A stretch of 64,000 bases of DNA from Paragordius varius (Eukaryota; Animalia; Nematomorpha): the NCBI GenBank assembly GCA_964247055.1, contig OZ176050.1, forward strand, positions 13,640,001 to 13,704,000. The letters run 5' to 3'. This document shows, piece after piece, positions 12,601 to 23,100 of the stretch; position 1 is the stretch's first letter; every line of letters begins with the position of its first letter. Under the pieces are notes generated by a model. It was given only the letters and a program-made list of their open reading frames with translations. It ran no database searches and had not been told where the DNA came from. The translations under genes and the position numbers were made by a program.

Positions 12601-15600
12601 AATGCTGTAAAAATAATAAACGATGTCGTAAAAACATATATCATATAACTGATGAGTTACATTATTTCGAAAACACATAATTTATTTTTAGGGTGAATTT
12701 GAATTGTTCCAGGGTGAATTCGAATTGTAAATGGTATATAACGGGTTAACTTGTATATTATTGATGTTGATATACTTATATTGTGTAATCTTTCCTTCAA
12801 TATCAGTATACTTTTAATTTTTAATTTTTACAAATTAAAACCATGTTTATATTTGAGTTTAAAACATTCATTCTTATAGACACGAAATTTAAGTTCTTTG
12901 AGGGTAATGGTGGGACACTCTATGTGGGCGGTGTCCCTGAACAAATACTAAACTTCCCCCCAGGCCTCATTCAATCGACACAAGGTTATCAGGGGTGCTT
13001 AGCATCCCTCAATATTAATGGCTGGGAACCTGATCTGATGGTCGAAGCCCTGTATAAATTTCAACCCCCTGCCTTAAAAACAGGTTGCACTGGTCCAAAA
13101 GAACAGTGCATTAGAGGTTTTTTTAATCTTTTGCAAAAAAATAAATTTTATCCGGATAATTTGCCTTTCTAATTAACTACAGTCATGTATCCTTTGTTTT
13201 ATCAAAAATTTATTTTATCTCGTTAAATGGATATAAATTTTTTTGGTAAAAAATGAAATAAACACGAGCTCTATGGTAATTATTATATTTTTGATGAATA
13301 TGTTATTGTTAATACCATCAAGCACTTGTTTTTCCATTCTTTAATAAATATTTATACCCATTTAACGAAAAAAAAATAAATTTTGGATAAAATAAAGGAT
13401 ACATGACTGTATATTTTACTGAGAAACCCTTCTGTCAATAGATTTTAATCAACTATGTTTTATTATTTGTCCTCCAGGATCTCAAAGTAATAGCAAACAC
13501 CCGTTGTGCAAGAACAATGGAAAATGTGTTCAACATTGGAATGATTGGACATGTGATTGTCGACTTTCGGGTTATGTTTCGATCGATTGTTCGGATTACA
13601 GTGAAGCCTCATACAAATTTGGTATGAACAACGACCCTTATGATGGCCAAAATAATCAACCACAAGAAAATGCCATATTTAACACTTATAATAGGCCTAA
13701 CAATAATTTGGACATTGTAGAATCACCAACTGTTAATTCTAATGAACATCGTGAAACTGAGTTGCACCCAAGTGGAGGTGGAATAGCTACCTATTATTAC
13801 CCGACTTACGATCAAAGTGACAGTAAATACGAATCACTGGCTATTGGTTTTGCCACGGCTCATCCGTACGGTGAATTAGTTAGCATACGTAGTTCACAAA
13901 GCCATGATTACCTTATAGTATCATTGGTGAATGGACAAATCTCGGTTAAGGTTGATCTGGGAATCGGGGAAATGACACTAAAGACTCGTGTACGCAGTAA
14001 CACTGCTAAGGCAGCCATGGTCAAAATTTATGATCCTAAAACGAATCATACCAAAGTATTGTTTTCACATGAACGCCGACGGATAGATAACTATACAACA
14101 ACAACCTTCAATCGTATTAAACGCAATGACATGGCTAACAAGCAAACTATTGATGATGAAGACAGTGATGACTTGACTGTTTCGAGTATGATTTATTTTT
14201 TTTTCTGGATAAATCATCATCTTTTTTGAAACCAATTTATTGACCATATTTAAGCAAAAACTCTGAGTTTATTTAAACATTTTACCGTTTTTATGGATAG
14301 GCATCAGTTCTAACGAAAGAGATAAACGAGAAAATCGCAAAGGCTCAGGAGGATATCAATTCTCAAACACTTTTGCCAACGGGAAGTATCATGTAATCAA
14401 TTATTTTCGAATCGGTCTCAATCTCATGCTTATGGTGAATGGAAAACTTGTTCAACGCAAAACATTTCGCTATAAATCAGAAGAACCGTTGGAAAATCCA
14501 TGTATTTACAACATTCTTTTTTTTTAAAGTTATCTAAATAATTTTATACAAAATGTTTGTTAGATTTTTTTTATTCCATGGAATTAATATATTAAATTTA
14601 GACAAAAACCATCTCTCAAAAATCAATTATACATATTCGAACATTAAAATACAGTAAAAATTTAAATATATATATAGAAACGAAATTTAATGCCAACTTT
14701 TTTTTTCAAACGACAACCATATTTTTTTAAAACTTAATTTTTCCTATATAAATTATTTAATTACAAATATATTACTAATTATACATCACTATTTCATACT
14801 TTCCAATTTAAAACAATGAGTTATACTTAAATAAATCAAGATTGATAAAATATTTCAATCTTTTGAAAAAATATTGATCTTTATATTTTTACGCTTTGTC
14901 CATATAATTTTAATTTCTACTGTATTTATCTTTTAGTTTTTACGTTTTATCCGTACAATATCAATTTTTTAGTACTATTCAACAGTGTTGCTGAAATATA
15001 TTTGGGTGGAAATTCATTTGACTTTTCAACAACTACATCATCGTCCCGTATAAAACGTAGGCAAGGGATTCGTCAAACGTTATCAACAGCAAATGCCAAA
15101 GATTTAGATCAAACCATTCCAAACACCCATTTTCAAGGCATCTTATCAGGTGTTTCCTTTAATGGACTCATGATTTTGGAGGAAATGTTAGCTGGTAGTT
15201 CTAACACATTCATTGAAGGCGATGTCGCCAAAGTTGTCAACATGACGGAAGAATTGAAAAAATTGAGCAGATTAGCGCGTAGAAAAAATCGAAACAAGAC
15301 AAACACAAAATCAACGTCGTTGTTAAATCCAAACATGGATTATATGGGCACCGAAGTAATTATAAAATTTTTAATAAACAGAAAATAAAAAGGTGAATTA
15401 CGATAATTTTAAGTTTAGGTATAAATTTGATTTGTTTTACTTTTTAAATAAAGTTTATAAAGAATTTCATAACTCAACCTTTAAAGTAGGCGATAAATTT
15501 TTCATTACTACTCATAATAAGTTCAAAGCTTTTAACAGTATTGCCGCATTATTTTTAAAGAGCATTTGTAAACAAAAGCATGATAAAATAATGGGAAAAG

Positions 15601-18600
15601 CAATAAATACATGTAAAATATACAATGTTGCACATTTTTTCATTCAGTTCTCTTAGCTCTAACCAAGGATCTTACTAATATTTTTTGGTCATTATAATCT
15701 AATTAGAGAAGGGTGGTACCCATTTTATCTTGATAAAATTTCAATAAACTCTCTAACAAAAATATTACATAGGGTATAAAAAAGTTAGCAAAATATGGAT
15801 ATTTTCATATGTTTTTTTGTAAAAAAATCAAATCAAGAGGACAGAACAGGCTTAAAAACGAAATTGCTAAATATAAAATGTTTTGCTTATGCTATGTTAA
15901 TTTTATTCTTAGACAACAAGTGACATGACCAGTTCTACTCTTATAAAAGCAATTGTTACATGCTCCCCCAATGATGTATCTGATTGCAGTAACTCCCAAG
16001 AAATTAAAAGTATTGATTACTATAAATTTTTCAGCAAAAACTAAAATTATACGGACAAAACAAAAAAATATAAAGACATATTTTCTTCCAAAAGACAACC
16101 ATACTTTTTATTACCTCATTGTATGTCTATTGGTAAAACAATCAATTATATATTTTACGATTGTAAATATATTATATGAAAAAAATTAAAGTTTACAAAA
16201 GTATGGTTCTCTTTTGAAAAAAAATTGATTGTCTTTATATTTTTACGTTTTGTCCGTATAATTTAAATTCCTGCTGTAATATTAATATTATCTAAAATTT
16301 TGGTCTTAATGAATATTCTGCATTGTAAAAATATCCATTGATTATATAGACGTGATAGATGATCGATTAGTAACCCCGATTTTGATTACAGTTGCGACAC
16401 AAAGAACTGAACAAAATACAAGTAACCCAAATGTTATTGTAAATTAACATTGACATAATTTTTTTTCATTTAACCAATTTTAAACCGTGAAAATATAAAA
16501 TCAATTTTTTTTTCAAAAGACAACCATATTTTATAAACCTTAATTTATCCTATAAAAATCATTTAATTACAATCGTAAAATATATAATTGATTGTTGTTA
16601 CCAATATACATGTTTATTATATAATTTGCAGTTTAAAAGAATAAATTATAGCTAAAATAATCAGAATCTAAAAAGTATCGTTGTCTTTTAGAAAAATTTG
16701 GCTCTATATTTTTACCGTTTAATTTCAATATATACTGTATATACAGTATGCATTTTAATATGCTAGCTCGTTAACACTATAGTATAGTTGGTCTGACAAA
16801 TATATATATATCATTTACAGTTCGATTTCACCCTTGAACAATTCAAATTACCCACCCTCAAATAAAATATATGTTTTTTAAGAATAAAAATTACCTATAT
16901 TTTATGTATTTTTCAAAAATAAAAGTTTTGTTATAAATTAAAATAATACTGAAAAAATAATAAACTATACCATAAACATATATTTCATATTAATAATAAT
17001 GAATTATACTACTTCGAAAACACATAATTTATTTTTAGGATGAATTACAATTGTTCGAGGGTGAATTTGAATTGTTCAAGGGTGAATTTGAATTGTTAAA
17101 GGGTGAATTTGAATTGTTCGAGGGTGAATTTGAATTGTTCGAGGGCGAATTTGAATTGTTCAAGGGTGAATTTGAATTGTCCAAAGGTGAATTTGAATTG
17201 TTCAAGGGTGAATTTAAATTGTTCGAGGGTGAATTTGAACTGTAAATGGTATATATATATATATATATATATATAGCAGATGATGAAGATTATGCCTATG
17301 GATATACGGGTTCTGATAAATTCTCCCAATACGATGATAATTTGAATGGGATAACACAAGCCGCCGCCCCTACGTTTATGTTAACATCTAAGGTACCCAA
17401 GAAAGGATCATCATCAGATAAAACACGACGTAAACTAACCTCAGGTCCATATTGGAATGATACCAAAGTTATTGCAAATAATATAGATAATAAACCAGTA
17501 GATTTTACAACAAGACAAATAATAATGCTGTTATCCAAACAAAAAGATGAGTATGATAAAACAAATGTAAATTATTCTACATGGTTGAAATTGAATGAGG
17601 GCTCACGAGACGTAAAGGGACAAAAAATACCATCAAGCAGTAGCAAAAACAGAAAGGGTCGAACTGGACTCCTAATGTTTGATAAAAGGAAAGCCCGAAT
17701 ATTTATTATAACATGTTCGGTGATTGCGGCCATCCTTATCGTTTTATGTTGCATAGCATTGTGTTGTTGTACCATAGCTTTGTTAAGGAAAAAACGTAAA
17801 AAATCTGCAAATAATTATCTCACTATAGCTCAGCAGGAACAAAAACAACAAGAAGACGACTCCAATTTAGTTGATGTTTCTAAGAAGGCAGCTTATGGAA
17901 AAAAGGGTCGAGATCGAAACTCTAATACAAACACTACGAATTATCATCAAGGGAATAATCGAATACTTAATAATGATCAACTTACAACACCACTTATGCC
18001 AACACTTAATAAAACAGCAAATAATGGCGGAACTTATGAAAGTGAATCAAACAGTTCTCCCAATACTGTTGTGGTCCTTGCAAATAAAGGTGCTATCAAT
18101 CGAACAGATACACCAAACAAACGAAGATCTCTAGTAAATAACTCACTTTACTTAATATTATAAATTTATACATTAAACAAATTTAATGTCTGAGTTTGTT
18201 ATAAGGGCCGTAAGTCAGAAAGTAAAATACTATATAATGATCCCCGTATTTTTTCTTGTAATCTAGATTGCATAGAGGTGACATAGCCCTATCCATTTTT
18301 CATAAATATCATACCATAAAATGGATATATAGTCGGGAAAAATAATTAACTTATTAATAATCAGTCCTTCAGTTTTTAAATCAGGGCTTAAATAATAACT
18401 CTTTCTGCTGGAGACACTTTCTGCCAAATATATATGTTTTTTAAAACTTTAAATTAATATTACCATAAAAGTTTTGTTTTATAAAAAACGTATTTTTACA
18501 AACACATTTGCGCACAGAAAACAATCCATCCATCAGCCAACTCCAATAATAATGATACGCTACACCCTGATGCTAAGCACTTTTCCTATCCCAACATTAA

Positions 18601-19738
18601 GCCGCCCAACGTTTTGGAACAACAGCAGCAGAAATCTCGTGGTATAGCTACTAATTCAAACACGACCACTCTAACCAAAGGTTATTACTTGAAAAAGGCT
18701 GGACTGACAACTCCGAGTGATAAATTAAACATAACTGCTGCCACACCAAATTTAGGAAATGATAGACAATTAATTCGGAATGGTTATGAAATTCAAGAAC
18801 CTACATTCTTGCTTGAAGACATAAGTGGAGGAACAGTAGAAGGAGGAGGTGATACAGATAGCTGTTACAATACCCTTTCACGCACAACTGAACCAATCGC
18901 CGATGAATTCCCGATCAATAATAACAATTATGGTTCTTCTAACATTATTATTCATCCTAGCAATCATGGTTACACCAATACAGACTCAATATATCCTTCA
19001 ATGTTACATGATGCTTCTTACAACAACAATGGTACTCCGGCTTTAAATGGCATAGGCATAGGCATATACAACATGAAAACAATGCGTAGTAATGATGAAA
19101 ATCATTATGGCGATTACTTTGGTAATATCGAATATGCGCAAAACAACATTCCATACCAACACGCCAATGGCAGTACGTATTCGACTCTTAGAAAATCTCA
19201 AAAGCAACAGAATTGTTTAAATGGAACAACAACAGTCATTCCACCTAGTCTACCTCAACGCAATTCCAAAACTAGCCTACATCATCGGTATGAAAACAGA
19301 GGACAAACCCAAGAAGGTGGTTCTTTGGAACCGTCCTGGGAGCAACAAGCGAAAGAATCGTATCAAACTTTACCGACGCATTTTAACACTAACGCAAACA
19401 ATAACAGTAATAAATTACTGCATCATTCTCAAACCCAAAACATTTATAAAGAGCGAGATGGTACGAATAATGTTTTAGGCCAACCTGGGGACAATGTGTT
19501 GAGTAGAACAACCATGGGTGGTGGAATTAAATATGATTATAGTATGGATGATATAATTGCTTATGGTTATCATCAATCCCTCTTGACCGAAAGGGAAAAA
19601 CAACGATCGTCAACCACCGCAAAAAAGCGTGTTAATCCAACATCTAATAAAGCAAAACCGCTTAAACCCTACCCAAATATAATGGAAAATAAAGAGACCA
19701 CCTCAGGTCTTCCAGGAACCAAAGAATGGTACGTTTGA
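3648..19738 (+). CDS. NRXN: Neurexin (three LNS/LamG domains, one EGF, TM, long cytoplasmic tail, PDZ-binding C-terminus), 14 exons, ~1810 aa
   Basis: Exons: 3648-3813, 5469-5701, 7139-7247, 7529-8136, 11023-11367, 11853-12048, 12880-13116, 13478-14185, 14301-14501, 14973-15355, 15913-16009, 16350-16421, 17277(or 17280)-18133, 18518-19738. All junctions GT-AG with matching phases; total 5433 nt. Motifs matching vertebrate alpha-neurexin LNS4-LNS5-EGF3-LNS6: TEAEEISFWF, LTDGEWHRV, TLYFRSIDIG, FKGRMKGLVFN, ELVDGLVNYIFNFGSG, LDNNEWHEV, LYVGGV..GYQGCLASLNING, EGF CKNNGKCVQHWNDWTCDC, LAIGFAT, DYLIV, NGKYHV, LFNSVAEIYLGG, FQGILSGVSFNG. Cys-loop stalk CSPNDVSDC, TM at ~17700-17785, C-terminal KEWYV (neurexin KEYYV-like). 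Exon 1 is the least certain. Confidence 0.9.
13180..13409. mobile_element. MITE family G (TA|CAGTCATGTATCCTTT...AAAGGATACATGACTG|TA)
   Basis: 16-bp perfect TIR with TA flanks. A second copy is at 59321-59527. Confidence 0.8.
16811..17249. mobile_element. MITE family A (TA|CCATTTAC...GTAAATGG|TA, 21-bp subterminal repeats), with an expanded right arm
   Basis: Inverted termini; nine tandem copies of TTGTTCAAGGGTGAATTTGAA at 17051-17239. Other copies: 4925-5451, 12475-12734, 36561-36820, 36837-37042, 39969-40235, 42102-42387, ~42405-42690, and a left end at ~63940-64000. Confidence 0.8.
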
Positions 19739-20131
19739 AAGTATTTGGAATTTTTTTTATTACTTTTTTTTACTATTTATTTATATCGTATAAAGATTGA
19801 TGTATTAGTAGCATATAAAATTTTCCATAACAATCATCGGTGTTTTTTTTTCATAATTTATTTAACTATGTTATAATTTATATTTGTGCAATATTACAAT
19901 TTGCGTGGTCAAGGAGTAGCAATAATCATAACATGATATATGGCATTTATTAAATTTTGTAATATTTAACTATTTTTTGTAATTATATTTATAGATATTA
20001 TATTATATGTGCTAATTGTACTTTTTTATGATGTTATTTTCACATTTAATAAATATATATTTTTATATTTCTCCATCCAAGTATATATAATATATATATT
20101 GGTTTTTAATGTAATATACACTATAAGATAA

Positions 20132-23100
20132 TTAATTGAGCGGTATCCCAAGACCCTTGCATTTAATTACAATCGTTTCATCTTCGGGTTGTTTTGTAAT
20201 TTCAAATTTTATCTAAAACATTAATGAATGTAAAATAAAGATTATAGGTAATACCTAATTGATAAATTGCACTTTAAAATTTATCAAACAGTATGACTAA
20301 AGTATACATTGCTAGAAAGTTATTAATTATTACCAAATAGCATATACAACAAAGGGCATTATTATTGGCTTATAATTATTATTTTCACTTTTTACTATTA
20401 TTAGGCAATAAATTTTTCCTGCATAAGCTATTTCTCGAATCAATAGCTTTCTAGCAATATATACTTACTCATACTGTATTTTCCATAACTATACTATTAC
20501 TTTTTTAAATATGATATTTTTATAATTATATACTAATACTTTTTTAGGCATGATATTTTTATAATTATTGTTAGAAACAAACATTAACATTGAATAATCA
20601 GTCCATTTATCTTTAAAATCAAAATAAAAAAACTCCTTGTGTAATAAAGCGTCAAGTTAAGGAAAAAATAGGCAAATTCAACAAATTTTAAGTCAAACCA
20701 CACACACATTTAAAATACAAGAATTTGAATAAAATATTGCATACTTTTGGTTCGATCGCCTCCATGGTGTAAATGACACTTTCGGAATGAAGTGTTAATG
20801 GACCCGTTTTTATTTGGGACGTGCCCTCAGCTAAAGCCATGAACAATAGTAACTAACGCACATAAAAAAGGAAATTACACAAAATATTTGTAAAAAGCAA
20901 TATTTTCATATGAAAATATAAGAAAGTTAAAAAAAAAGTTGTTTATATTTTAAAGCTAGGTTATCTCAAAAAATAATTTTCTTTACATTTCCTATTTATA
21001 TAATATTTGTGAGGTATTAACTTATATTTACAGTAAAAATGAAATTATACGGACACAACCTAAAATAAAGACAAATAATTTTTTTCAAACCAACCATACT
21101 TTTTAAACCTTAATTTTTCTCATATAAGCTATTTAGTTACAATTGTCAATATAGGAATTGTGTTAGCATTATATATTTCTATCTCACACTTTGCCATTTA
21201 AAACAATGATTTATATAGATATAAATTTAGATTTAAAAAGTATGGTTTTCTTTTACAAAAAATATGTGTCTTATTTCGTTTTGTCGGTATAATTTAAGTT
21301 TTTACTGCATAACGAATCAACCACATTCTCTAATAAAAATATGTCATTTTTAATTATAAAATTATTTATTATTATTTTTATTCTAAAAACAGATTATTTC
21401 TCCTGTTATGACTTAAAATCACTACATATATATAAAATAAAAATACTTGATCCTGTGTATAATTATCAACGCAACCACCATGCCTAAGGTTTGATATAAG
21501 AATTTGAGCGGCCTCTTCCCCAACAGTCGAAGCATTTACTCCTAAAGATAGATGTATGACACAACGTAAAAACTAAAAAAGTAATTATGAAATTAAGGGG
21601 TATTTCTAATATAACCCAGGTAAAAATAGACATAAGAAATCGATAAGACTCTTAGTTTTTTATTGCGTGGACGGATTAAAAAATATGGTTGTCTGACCGT
21701 TTTAAAAAGTAGAGGCATGCCCTCTTTTCAATTTAGAAGTATACATATTACTTAACAATATTTATAATTTTATGAATGCGAATACGGAGTTTCAAAATTA
21801 CCATTGGGACCAAATATTATTTAATAGTAAACCGATAAGAATTAATTAACTCAACCTCGTTTTCCTAACGCATCACCAGATATGATACAACCAGTGTCAG
21901 TTTTTGCAATTAATCTAAGGTATAAAATAATTAACAAAATATATTATGCGGAATATTTTTTGTATAATGTTAATATATTGTAGAAAAAAAAACTTTATAT
22001 TTTTAATCAAATAATAACCCGCATAAATAAAAATAAATTTTTTCTAGTTTTTAAGGTGAGTAACAATGTCAAAAACAGATCAAAATCAAGTCAACAATTA
22101 TAGATTAATGTTATATAAAATGATTGCAATTTAACACAAAATATATTATAGATAGAGTCTCAAAGTTATTTAATCAAATAACTAAGCAATAAACAATAAA
22201 ATGCAAAAAGTAATTAATAATTTTTTTTTGTACATTATACCCCAACCGGTACCGTAGGCCGTTTGTGGCGTTTCAACCCTAATTTCAATGTTAACATTCA
22301 TTTTCAGGTTAAATTCGGGAGGACAACACATCAAATCCGACAATTGATTACACAAATATGTTAGAGCAGAATTTTTCATTGCATGTGCCATCTACACAGA
22401 AAACAGTAAAATTTAAAAGAAAATTTAAGCGTAAAATTGGTCATATATCATTTTTTCGTAAAAATCTTATTTTCACGCTCTTAAATTTATTTGGTTACTA
22501 TAAATTGTTTGTTATAAGAAGGCAGTTGTTAGATCAAATATATTTTTAATTAACCTTTTTACATAAAATATTCTCAATACAAGGCTAAAAAACATTTTCA
22601 TATTTTACAATAATCCAAAAAATTTTGACCAATAAAATACTGTATTGTGCACCATATAATATTATTCCTAAAAAAATAAAAATAAAACAGTATGATCAAT
22701 AATATAAGCCATTTTCCTTATATAGACAACAACTCAAAAGCAAAAAGATTACATAAAAAGCTTAAGATATTTTTGACAATCAATTATAAAAAATGAGATT
22801 TTCGCACAAATATTTTCAATTACCGATATAGGCAAATCTCCCGTAATATATATGTATCCTTCAATTTGAGTTACCATGCCTTTGTTCAATAGGACAATAG
22901 GTTTTAAACATGGTCTACTATGGAGTCCACCGTGATCAGCTGTTTTTTGGTGGCCGTTAAAAGATTTCGTTATCAAAACTTTAACTAATCCTTGACCTTT
23001 GGGGAAAAAACCACGTTTTATCAATTGAACTCGGATGGCAGATATAGGACAATCATTTGGTGTATCGCAAGCTAAACACATAGACTGTAACAAAGGAATT

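Noticed and set aside
14502-14972. Alternative neurexin SS4-type cassette exon
   Set aside because: The intron is mostly a family B MITE; no in-phase open exon with usable splice sites was seen.
17051-17245. ORFs of FEGEFEL / LEQFKFT repeats; CRISPR-like periodic array
   Set aside because: These are translations of a 21-bp MITE subterminal array. Units are head-to-tail with no unique spacers, there are no cas genes, and the context is eukaryotic.
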